Assembly (NCBI GenBank): GCA_021733985.1
Contig: JAIPJT010000009.1
Span: forward strand, 4,323 to 68,322
From: Victivallales bacterium
GTDB taxonomy: Bacteria; Verrucomicrobiota; Lentisphaeria; Victivallales; GWF2-38-69
Length of the DNA: 64,000 nucleotides
Reading direction: 5' to 3'
Translations under genes and position numbers: made by a program
Notes under the pieces: model-generated
Told to the model about the DNA's origin: nothing
Database searches by the model: none
What the model saw: only the letters and a program-made list of their open reading frames with translations
Part shown: positions 30,554 to 38,872 of the stretch, piece after piece
Layout of the letters: each line of letters begins with the position of its first letter
How positions within the stretch are numbered: position 1 is the first letter of the stretch

Positions 30554-31235
30554 CTTTTGTATTTTTAAACTGTGCGGCGATTTCTTTTAATTCTGTGTCA
30601 GTGTATGTAGGGATTTCTAAAAGCTCATCTTCCATTATTTCTGCGGGATGAAACTGCTGTAAAGTCCATTCCTTAACGCCTAAACAGTCCAACTCTTTGC
30701 GCATGAGTGCCATGTCCGTTTCTTTAATTAACGCCTTGTGCACTGTAGTTCTAATATCATAAGATAACTTGTTTGAAACTGCGTACATTATTGTTTCTTT
30801 TACTTTCTGTGAGATTTTACTATCCATAACTCCTGCAGCAATGTGATATTTTTTTGTCGGTGCTTTGTAATCCAGGCCAATATAATCAATACATTTGTTT
30901 TTATGTAGTTCTTTAACAGTTTCAGGCTTTGTGCCGTTAGTGTCAAGTTTAACCAAAAAACCTTTGTCTTTAATTTTTTGCGCAAAATCAAACAGATCCT
31001 GCTGCAGTGCAGGCTCGCCACCGCTTATAACTACTGCATCAAGTTTGCCTTTCCTTGATTCGAGAAATTGGTAAAATTCTTCTTCTGCTACAAGGGGCTG
31101 ACTTTCAGGATCTACAACAAGGAAAGGGTTATGGCAGTACGGACAGCAGAAGTTGCAGCCGCCAGTAAATATTATGCACGCAAGTTTACCCGGATAATCA
31201 ACAAGCGTAAATTTTGTTATACCTCTTATATCCAT
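30534..31235 (-). CDS. nrdG: Anaerobic RNR activating radical-SAM protein
   Basis: LVDYPGK, GCNFCCPYCHN, SGGEP, KLDTNG; downstream of nrdD. Confidence 0.95.
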   Translation of the reverse strand: MDIRGITKFTLVDYPGKLACIIFTGGCNFCCPYCHNPFLVVDPESQPLVAEEEFYQFLESRKGKLDAVVISGGEPALQQDLFDFAQKIKDKGFLVKLDTNGTKPETVKELHKNKCIDYIGLDYKAPTKKYHIAAGVMDSKISQKVKETIMYAVSNKLSYDIRTTVHKALIKETDMALMRKELDCLGVKEWTLQQFHPAEIMEDELLEIPTYTDTELKEIAAQFKNTKVRGLAV

Positions 31236-31344
31236 ATTTATACCAATATTAGATAAAAAATATTTTTTTGTACTTATTATAATTGTCAGCCCGCACTGAA
31301 ATATAATTTATTACAGGTAATACTGTAAATTGGAAAAGATTAGT

Positions 31345-31497
31345 TTATGCAACTTTAACTTTTTCAGCAGCCAGCTGCGTGGAGTAAGCTTTTCTTTCTT
31401 TGAATTCTTCTTTTTTGCCCTTATTCCAGCTGTTTACAGGCCTCATATATCCCGTTACTCTGGAATAAATTTCACATTTCTTTTTACACTTAGCCAT
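31345..31497 (-). CDS. Stand-alone NrdD glycyl-radical peptide, 50 aa (MAKCKKKCEIYSRVTGYMRPVNSWNKGKKEEFKERKAYSTQLAAEKVKVA)
   Basis: Missed by the ORF track. Strong RBS (GAAAGGAG) 7 nt before ATG 31497; contains the NrdD C-terminal motif YSRVTGYxRPV..WNxGKxxEFxER. Confidence 0.92.
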   Translation of the reverse strand: MAKCKKKCEIYSRVTGYMRPVNSWNKGKKEEFKERKAYSTQLAAEKVKVA

Positions 31498-31512
31498 TTT
31501 GCAACTCCTTTC

Positions 31513-33513
31513 TTAACCAATCATTTTAAAATTTTCTGTTTTATTTTCTTTTGCTTCATAGGGACACTCTTGATGTTCACCCGCGATATATCCGTGTTCC
31601 GGGCATATGCTGAAAGTGGGACTTATTGTAAAATACGGGATTCTGTAAGATTCCGCTATACGTTTAATCAGTGCGGCAGCCTGATTATTATCTTCGATTT
31701 TCTCACCGATAAATCCGTGAAAAACAGTGCCACCGGTATACTTTTTCTGTAGTTCTTCCTGGATATCAAGAGCTTCGAAAATGTCATTTGTATATCCTAC
31801 AGGCAGCTGGGATGAATTTGTGTAGTAACAGTTGGTATCACCCGCACATATTATTTCAGGATATTTTTTCTTATCAATTGTAGCCAGTCTGAAACTTGTG
31901 CCTTCGGCCGGAGTTGCTTCGAGGTTATAAATATGTCCTGTATCCTCCTGGTAGTCAGCAATTCTGTCTCTCATAAAATCAAGTACTTTTACAGCAAATT
32001 CTTTTCCTTCTTTATCAACTATGCTGCTTCCGACAAAATTTAAGCAGGATTCATTCATTCCGACAAGTCCGATTGTATTGAAGTGATTATTCAGGGAATG
32101 AAGATAAATCTTTGTATATGGAAGAAGGTCCTGATCAAGATACTTTTGCACCGCTTTTCTCTTTATTTCAAGGGATTCTTTTGCTAAATCCATAACATAC
32201 TTAAGTTTAGCAAAAAATTCATTTTCTGAACCGGAAACATACCCTATTCTCGGTAGGTTTATCGTTACAACACCAATTGAACCTGTCTGTTCTCCTGAGC
32301 CAAACAGTCCTCCGGTTTTATTTCTAAGCTCCCTAACATCCATTTGAAGCCTGCAGCACATGCTTCTGACATCACCGGGATTCAAATCGCTCTTGATAAA
32401 ATTTTGAAAATATGGAAGACCGTATTTGGCTGTGACTTCAAAAAGAAGCTCAGCATTTTCAGACTCCCAGTTAAAGTCTTCAGTTATATTGTAGGTAGGA
32501 ATTGGAAAAGTAAAGACCCGGCCGTCTCTGTCACCTTCGGACATTATTTCAAGAAATGCTTTATTTAACATATCCATTTCGTTCTGGTAATCACCATAAT
32601 ATTTGCCTTCCTGAGCTTTACCGCCGATTATGACAGGGGTCTTTTTCAGATCTTCCGGGACAACCCAGTCAAAAGTCAGATTTGTAAAGGGTGTTTGACC
32701 CCATCGGCTGGCGATATTTAAACCGAATACAAACTGCTGCATAGCCTGTTTAGTTTTAATATAACTGAGTTTGTCTTCTCTTATAAACGGTGCTAAAAGT
32801 GTATCAAAAGAACTGAATGCCTGAGCTCCGGCCCATTCAGTCTGCAGAGTGCACATGAAATTTACTATCTGTCCCAGAGCGGTGTCGAAATGTTTTGCAG
32901 GTGCTGCGCTCGCACGTCCTTCCCTGCCTCTAAAACCTTCACTCAGTAGCACTCTCAGGCTCCATCCTGCACAGTACCCTACTATACCGCAGGAAAGATC
33001 GTGTAAATGCATATCTCCGCCTGAATGAGCTTCAGCTATTTCTTTAGGATACACATTTTCCAGTGTATAATTTGCAACTACTGAACCGCTTATATGGTTA
33101 AGCAAACTTGCAAAAGAGTATCCTGCATTTGAATTTTCATTTACTCTCCAGTCATTACGTTCAAGATAAGCTCCAACGAGATCCTGTATGTCCATCAGTA
33201 ATTCGCGGCTTTTTCTAATATTACTGTGCTGAGCCCTGTATAAAATAAATGCTTTTGCCGCTTTGGTTAAACCTCTTTTAATAAACGAATTTTCCACGGT
33301 GTCCTGGATCAGCTCAAGGTCGGGAACTTCTATTTCATCCTTTAAATCCCCTAATGACTTTAAAACATCTCTACAAACAGTGTCTGCTATTTTAGAATTT
33401 GCCGTTCCGACAGCTTTTAATGCTTTTTCTATAGCAATTTTGATTCTTTCCGGTTCAAAATCTACAATTCTCCCATCCCTTTTCCTTAGCTTTTTAAACG
33501 GCGGACTGTACAT
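31513..33513 (-). CDS. nrdD: Class III (anaerobic) ribonucleoside-triphosphate reductase catalytic barrel, lacking the glycyl-radical C-terminus
   Basis: ATP-cone (KRDGRIVDF), HLHDL, GAQAFS, FTFPIPT, RSMCCRL, EATPAEG, YTGGTVFH, CPEHGY. Ends without RVxGY. Confidence 0.95.
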   Translation of the reverse strand: MYSPPFKKLRKRDGRIVDFEPERIKIAIEKALKAVGTANSKIADTVCRDVLKSLGDLKDEIEVPDLELIQDTVENSFIKRGLTKAAKAFILYRAQHSNIRKSRELLMDIQDLVGAYLERNDWRVNENSNAGYSFASLLNHISGSVVANYTLENVYPKEIAEAHSGGDMHLHDLSCGIVGYCAGWSLRVLLSEGFRGREGRASAAPAKHFDTALGQIVNFMCTLQTEWAGAQAFSSFDTLLAPFIREDKLSYIKTKQAMQQFVFGLNIASRWGQTPFTNLTFDWVVPEDLKKTPVIIGGKAQEGKYYGDYQNEMDMLNKAFLEIMSEGDRDGRVFTFPIPTYNITEDFNWESENAELLFEVTAKYGLPYFQNFIKSDLNPGDVRSMCCRLQMDVRELRNKTGGLFGSGEQTGSIGVVTINLPRIGYVSGSENEFFAKLKYVMDLAKESLEIKRKAVQKYLDQDLLPYTKIYLHSLNNHFNTIGLVGMNESCLNFVGSSIVDKEGKEFAVKVLDFMRDRIADYQEDTGHIYNLEATPAEGTSFRLATIDKKKYPEIICAGDTNCYYTNSSQLPVGYTNDIFEALDIQEELQKKYTGGTVFHGFIGEKIEDNNQAAALIKRIAESYRIPYFTISPTFSICPEHGYIAGEHQECPYEAKENKTENFKMIG

Positions 33514-33563
33514 AATTAAACCTCCTTTTATCCTTTTGCAGCTTTTTTGTTAAATCTCTTTAA

Positions 33564-33611
33564 TAACAATATATAGTGTACATAAAGCTACTATGCAACA
33601 ATATATTGTAT
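33564..33611. promoter_or_regulatory. Tandem NrdR boxes upstream of nrdD
   Basis: taaCAATATATAGtgt (33564-33579) and caaCAATATATTGtat (33596-33611), 32 bp apart, close to the NrdR consensus. Confidence 0.9.
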
Positions 33612-33781
33612 AAAATTCAAAAAATAATAATATTCGCCCTCAAAAAAAATAGTTTTCTGCTCATAAAAAATATTTTTGATAAAGCTAAATTTGTTAATTG
33701 TGATAAGATAAAAATAAGAAGTTTCTATAACTCAAAAAAGTGCGGAGTTTAAAATTAATTCTAAAATTAAGGTCCTTACGT

Positions 33782-33991
33782 ATGCGAAAATTTAAATTAA
33801 CAGTTCTTGCAATTATTATTGTTTTTGTAATAATTGTGATTCTCCAGAATATTTCATCTGTTGAATTCCAGTTTCTCCTTTACTCAGTAACAATGTCCAA
33901 AGCACTATTATTATTTCTTACAGCATTTATCGGTTTTATAATTGGTATTTTATTTTCTTATATTTTTATTAAGAAAAGAAATACTCGCTGA
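33782..33991 (+). CDS. Small membrane protein, LapA/DUF1049 family
   Basis: TM-LQN-x-x-x-V-x-F-x-FL-TM pattern; ATG at 33782. Confidence 0.75.
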   Translation: MRKFKLTVLAIIIVFVIIVILQNISSVEFQFLLYSVTMSKALLLFLTAFIGFIIGILFSYIFIKKRNTR

Positions 33992-34412
33992 TAATTTCGA
34001 GTCGGTTTTTGACTTTGGAGGTTATATATTCAAAAAAAATTATCCTGAATAAAGGAATGCTTTACTTTGCTATTTGAATTCTTTTCGTCAGAATTCGTTG
34101 AAATATACCGGATCCGGTAGTTCCACAATTTGATGATATAAAGTTATTTCAGCATATTTAAAGTTCGTTTCGGAACAGTATGGTTCGGTGACGAACAGAT
34201 GAAATATCAAAAGAAGCTTCATTTTTTATTCTGAATACGTTGCGCTTTTACTTATAAATAGGTAACTGAGTCTAAGATTTTCCCATATATATACAAGTAT
34301 ATCCATAAATTATACAATATTAAATTATCATTTCCTCATTTTGGCATGTTGACTGCTCTTTTATAAATTTGGACAATAGCAGTTTTCCAATTTTAACTAC
34401 TAAAGAGGAGGA

Positions 34413-36302
34413 ATGATGAAAAAGTTATTCATTATAACTAGCATAATATTTTATCTATTGTGTACAACTGCAGTCTTTGGTACCGAAGCCTGGGATTCTG
34501 GAAAAGTGTATTCCAAATCAGGAATTCAGGTAGAGTATCAGGGCAGTATTTATAAAAACAAATGGTGGACAGAAGGAGAAAATCCGGCTAAGTCAGGGCA
34601 GTGGGGCGTATGGGAACTTATAGAAGAAAACGTTGACCCTATGCCTGATCCTGCTCCAAATCCCACCCCATCTCCTTCCGGAAATACCTGGAAGGATGAT
34701 ACAGTATACAACGATGGCGACTTAGTTGTTTACAATGGAAAAAAGTATGAAGCACAGTGGTGGACTAAAGGCGATAATCCTGAACAGACAGGACAGTGGG
34801 GAGCCTGGAAAGTTTTAGATGAGACTGTAACACCTCAGCCTGACCCTGAACCGACACCCGAACCATCCGGGGATACCTGGAATGTCGATACAGTATACAA
34901 CGATGGCGCACGGATTGTGTATAATGGGAAAAAGTATGAAGCACAGTGGTGGACTAAAGGCGATAATCCTGAACTCTCCGGCAAATGGGGCGTATGGAGA
35001 CTTGTAGATGAAAATATAGACCCCCCACCTGAACCTGACCCGACTCCGGACCCCGATCCAAATCCTGACCCTGTCCCTGCGCCCGATCCTGTTCCTGATC
35101 CGATTAATATTAACAAAAAAGTCGGTGCTTATTTTGCTGAATGGGGTATATACGGAAGAGATTATCAGGTTACTGATATACCTGTCAAGCACATCACGCA
35201 TATTACTTATGCGTTTCTGAATATTAAAAACGGTAAAGCGGTTATAGGAGATCCTTATGCTGCTGTTGATAAACATTTTAAAGAGGTTACAACTGAATAC
35301 GGAACTTTTCCTGCGGACAGCTGGAATAAGTCCTATGAATACTGCGGCAATTTTAGAAGACTGAATTTACTTGATGAAATGGTCCAGGATTACTATGGAA
35401 AAGATATTGTTATACTGCTTTCAGTAGGCGGCTGGACATGGTCTGAAAACTTTCCAGAAGTAATTAAAGATGGAACCAGCAGGGAAGTTTTTGCGCAGTC
35501 ACTTGTTGATATTGTAGAACAATACAATTTTGACGGAGTCTCTCTTGATTATGAATATATTGCTGTAGGACCGCAGAAAAGCTACTCAATACCGAAACCG
35601 GAAGAAAGTGACCAGTTTATTCTTCTTCTTAAAAAACTCAGAGAAAAGTTTGAAGCACTCGAAAATAAAACAGGCAAAAAATACGAAATAACAATGGCTG
35701 TATCCGGGGCTCCGGGAATGTTGAAATATGTTGATGTAAAAGGTATGTCAGACTACTGTGATGTTCTTGATATAATGACTTATGACTACAGCGCTCCGGC
35801 ATGGGGCAATGCTGCTGGTCATCAGAGCGCGGTTTATAATAATCCAAAGAATCCCGACAACCAGACAAACAGCGATTTTGAAAACTGGAATGTCAACGGA
35901 ATTACACAATACCTAATAGAACAGGGGGTGCCCAGAAGTAAAATTCTTATTGGTGCGCCATTGTACGGTAGAAGCGGGAAAAATATTACAGAACTTTTCC
36001 AGACAGGCGGCACTATAGGTGACGGTTCCTGGGGAAAAGGTGTTTACGACTATCATGATATAATCAATATGTCAAGTGAATATGTTTTTTATGATGAAAA
36101 TGCAGAAGCCAGCTATTATCTTAATACAACAACACAGGAATTTATCACTTTCGATAATATTCAGGCAGTACAGGCAAAATGCAGATATATAAGAGCACAG
36201 GACCTATCAGGTATATTTTTTTGGGAATTCTCAGGCGACAGCCCTGATCCTGAAGACTCAATAATCAAAGCTGTACATGATTATTTTACAAAAGCTTTGT
36301 AA
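34413..36302 (+). CDS. Secreted GH18 chitinase with three N-terminal CBM5/12 chitin-binding modules
   Basis: Signal peptide, three Y-x-x-x-WWT-x-G-x-x-P modules, Pro-rich linkers, YFAEWGIY, SVGGWT, FDGVSLDYEY, MTYDY, FFWEFS. Confidence 0.95.
   Translation: MMKKLFIITSIIFYLLCTTAVFGTEAWDSGKVYSKSGIQVEYQGSIYKNKWWTEGENPAKSGQWGVWELIEENVDPMPDPAPNPTPSPSGNTWKDDTVYNDGDLVVYNGKKYEAQWWTKGDNPEQTGQWGAWKVLDETVTPQPDPEPTPEPSGDTWNVDTVYNDGARIVYNGKKYEAQWWTKGDNPELSGKWGVWRLVDENIDPPPEPDPTPDPDPNPDPVPAPDPVPDPININKKVGAYFAEWGIYGRDYQVTDIPVKHITHITYAFLNIKNGKAVIGDPYAAVDKHFKEVTTEYGTFPADSWNKSYEYCGNFRRLNLLDEMVQDYYGKDIVILLSVGGWTWSENFPEVIKDGTSREVFAQSLVDIVEQYNFDGVSLDYEYIAVGPQKSYSIPKPEESDQFILLLKKLREKFEALENKTGKKYEITMAVSGAPGMLKYVDVKGMSDYCDVLDIMTYDYSAPAWGNAAGHQSAVYNNPKNPDNQTNSDFENWNVNGITQYLIEQGVPRSKILIGAPLYGRSGKNITELFQTGGTIGDGSWGKGVYDYHDIINMSSEYVFYDENAEASYYLNTTTQEFITFDNIQAVQAKCRYIRAQDLSGIFFWEFSGDSPDPEDSIIKAVHDYFTKAL
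34678..34975 (+). repeat. Intragenic duplication of the CBM5/12 module (offset 189 bp)
   Basis: Identical run AAAAAGTATGAAGCACAGTGGTGGACTAAAGGCGATAATCCTGAAC at 34740-34785 and 34929-34974. Confidence 0.9.
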
Positions 36303-36317
36303 TTCCAAAAGTCAGTT

Positions 36318-36356
36318 ATAACAAAAAGCCTGCTGAAAAGCAGGCTTTTTTGTTAT
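36318..36356. terminator. Bidirectional Rho-independent terminator
   Basis: ATAACAAAAAGCCTGCT-gaaa-AGCAGGCTTTTTTGTTAT between the convergent chitinase and permease genes. Confidence 0.92.
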
Positions 36357-36382
36357 GCAGTCTTATACAGAAGGGATAAACT

Positions 36383-37696
36383 TTATTTTGCTCGTATTTT
36401 ATTAACAAAAATATACAATATAAAAGTAATAAAAATAATCATCATTTCATAAAATATAAACTTAAATCCAACACTGAATACCGCCCAAAAAGTATATGCA
36501 AGAGCCAAGAGAGTAAATATATACTCAAAAATACTAATTTTTAAACTTCTTTTAATAGATATTACGAAATAAGAGCAGCAACTGAAAAAATAAACTATTA
36601 GTGCAAAAGAAGTAGCTATCGTTATAATAAGATTAAACTGATTAACAAGGTTTTTTGACATTGTAAGGAAAAGAAAACCTGTTATCAGGCATGAAGTAAA
36701 TATTATGGCTCTTGCAGGACTGCCGCTTTTATTTCTGACCTTAAAATAATTAGAACCCACAAACAGGCCATCTTCTGCTGCGGCAAAAATAATCTGTCCC
36801 TGCAGCAGTATCCAGCCATTAACAGCACCTAAACATGAGATAACAGCACCTATCGCTACAACAGATGCCCCAATTGGGCCTAAGATAATAGCTGCCGCTT
36901 TAGCAAAAGGTGCAGTACTTGACTGAAGTTGCTCCATCGGGATCATGCCCATTATAACAGTTGAAGTAGCTATGTAAATAACTGATACTAAGAGAGTTCC
37001 TATAATAGTTGCCCTTGCTATCATATGTTTCTTTTCTTTTTTTACTTCACCGGCCGGAATAGTTGCAGACTCCATGCCTACAAAAGCCCAGAGTGTTAGC
37101 ATTGCAGCATAAGAAATGGCACTGAGGTCCGATCTGTGTGGATTTTGGGAAAGGTTCACATTGTTCACAATATTAGAACCGTCAAAATACCACCAGCCGA
37201 AAATTACCACAATAGCGATAGGTATCAGTTTAAGAACTGTAGTTACTACCTGGACCACTCCTGCTTCTTTAACCCCGCCTACATTTATGAACGTGAATAT
37301 CCATATAATCAATATAGCCATACCTGCAGAAAAAACCGGATCTGTTAATCCCGGGAAAAAATACTGGAGGTATCCTACCCCGGCAATGGAGATTGCCGCA
37401 TTGCCTGCCCAAACATATATCCAGTAGCAGAGGGAGCACTGAAAGGCTATAAAATCACCAAAACCTTCTTTGTTATAAGCATACATGCCGCCAGTTTTCG
37501 GAAGAATACTGCTGAGTTTTCCTAAAGTCAAGGCAAGGCAGATAGTTCCGAAACATGTAAAGCCCCATGAAACCAAGCTTATACTTCCAATCTTTGCCAA
37601 AGACGAAGGAAGCAGAAATATACCTGAACCTATTATGTTGCCAAGTACTAATGCCAATAGAATCCAAAAACCGATTTCTTTATTTTTCTGTGTCAT
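36383..37696 (-). CDS. APC-family amino-acid permease (AdiC/PotE/ArcD-like basic amino-acid antiporter)
   Basis: GNIIGSGIFLLP, GGMYAY, LWAFVGMES; 12 TM segments. Confidence 0.9.
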   Translation of the reverse strand: MTQKNKEIGFWILLALVLGNIIGSGIFLLPSSLAKIGSISLVSWGFTCFGTICLALTLGKLSSILPKTGGMYAYNKEGFGDFIAFQCSLCYWIYVWAGNAAISIAGVGYLQYFFPGLTDPVFSAGMAILIIWIFTFINVGGVKEAGVVQVVTTVLKLIPIAIVVIFGWWYFDGSNIVNNVNLSQNPHRSDLSAISYAAMLTLWAFVGMESATIPAGEVKKEKKHMIARATIIGTLLVSVIYIATSTVIMGMIPMEQLQSSTAPFAKAAAIILGPIGASVVAIGAVISCLGAVNGWILLQGQIIFAAAEDGLFVGSNYFKVRNKSGSPARAIIFTSCLITGFLFLTMSKNLVNQFNLIITIATSFALIVYFFSCCSYFVISIKRSLKISIFEYIFTLLALAYTFWAVFSVGFKFIFYEMMIIFITFILYIFVNKIRAK

Positions 37697-37713
37697 AATA
37701 CCCTTTTGTTTAT

Positions 37714-38529
37714 TTATGTTTTTATTATACCGGAAGAATAGTAAAGTTCTGTGACTGTGACAGAAATATCTTCCCGAACTTCTAAATTTCCTGTTATATT
37801 TTCTATTTTTCGAATAGTATCATTCACAATAGGTTCTTCTATTGTAGCTGATATACATTGCCAGGGATTTTCTACAGTATCCCCCCAAAAACCCATAAAA
37901 AGTGGCATTTCCGATAAGTATTCTCTGGGCTGTCTTGCATCATATATATAAACAGAAGAATTGTTCATTCCTGTAAAAATCTGGAGTATTTCCTGAAAAA
38001 ATTCAATATTTCCAGTGCATATATTAAAAAGAAATCTTTTTTGCTTTTCTTTTATATCTATCTTTTCATTGAGATATCCGGAAAAAGTGTTTATTATTTC
38101 ATCTGAACTTTTTTGATTGACTATTTCGTTTACTGCGTTTTGGTTCTGGCATACTCGTGAAATTGCAGAAAGCAGCCTTATGTGCTGATTTGTTTCATGC
38201 TCAGGAGCAATAATAAAAACGAACAGATGGACAGGCTTTCCATCAAGAGACTCAAAATCGATACCATCAGCGGAAGTAATAATTCCCACAATAAATTCTT
38301 TTATTCCATATAGACGGCAGTGAGGAATGGCAATACCGTTTCCAAAACCTGTTGTGCCTAAAAGTTCTCTGTCCTTTAGAGCAGAAAAAAGGGAATTTTC
38401 TGGTATGTTTTTTAGTGCAGGTGATTTTTTTGCACAAGAGGCAATGGCTTTTAAAACTTCTTCTTTATCCTTGTATCTTGCACCTTGAATAACAGTGTCT
38501 TTATTAATCCAATTCAAAAAACGTCCCAT
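37714..38529 (-). CDS. PTS EIIA (Fru/Ntr-type) domain protein with C-terminal extension
   Basis: REllGTTGFGNGIAIPHC, DFESLDGKPV, HIRLLSAISR, plus about 110 additional aa. Confidence 0.9.
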   Translation of the reverse strand: MGRFLNWINKDTVIQGARYKDKEEVLKAIASCAKKSPALKNIPENSLFSALKDRELLGTTGFGNGIAIPHCRLYGIKEFIVGIITSADGIDFESLDGKPVHLFVFIIAPEHETNQHIRLLSAISRVCQNQNAVNEIVNQKSSDEIINTFSGYLNEKIDIKEKQKRFLFNICTGNIEFFQEILQIFTGMNNSSVYIYDARQPREYLSEMPLFMGFWGDTVENPWQCISATIEEPIVNDTIRKIENITGNLEVREDISVTVTELYYSSGIIKT

Positions 38530-38744
38530 TATTAAAGGCTCCTTCGGTGAAATTATTTGAAATATTTTTTTTTATTTTTTTTATGATTAATCAGGTTAAG
38601 TCAGCATACTTTGCCTTTTTTCTTTTAACCCGGATCATGTATAATTTGGGTTTAACTTCTCCCCTGAAACATCAATTATTATATCAGGGTAAATTTAATA
38701 TTTAATTTTAAAAAATATAACACATTTATAAATAGTGCTGTATT

Positions 38745-38815
38745 CACGGCGCGCTAAGCCGTCGCCCCCGCAGTCGAGAAACTATGGCTTACAAGTCGGT
38801 GTTCGCGCCCTACCA
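38745..38815. ncRNA. Candidate structured RNA (family unassigned)
   Basis: GC-rich island in an AT-rich spacer; nested stems GGCGCG/CGCGCC and TAAGCCGT/ATGGCTTA. Confidence 0.4.
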
Positions 38816-38872
38816 GTTTGTTTCAAATAAGATTAAACTTCGTCATACAAAGATCAACGCTAATTATTATAA

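Noticed and set aside
31513-31515. Selenocysteine or pyrrolysine read-through joining nrdD to the small ORF
   Set aside because: The stop is TAA, not TGA or TAG, and a strong RBS follows it; other genes use the standard code.
31330-31752. 140-aa plus-strand ORF
   Set aside because: Antisense to the nrdD 3' end and the glycyl-radical peptide; Phe-rich mirror of Lys/Glu codons; no motif.
34815-35276. Minus-strand GS-rich and R-rich ORFs, and the short repeats at 35020-35103 as a possible CRISPR or repeat protein
   Set aside because: Antisense reading of the chitinase Pro-Asp linker; no repeat-spacer structure and no cas genes.
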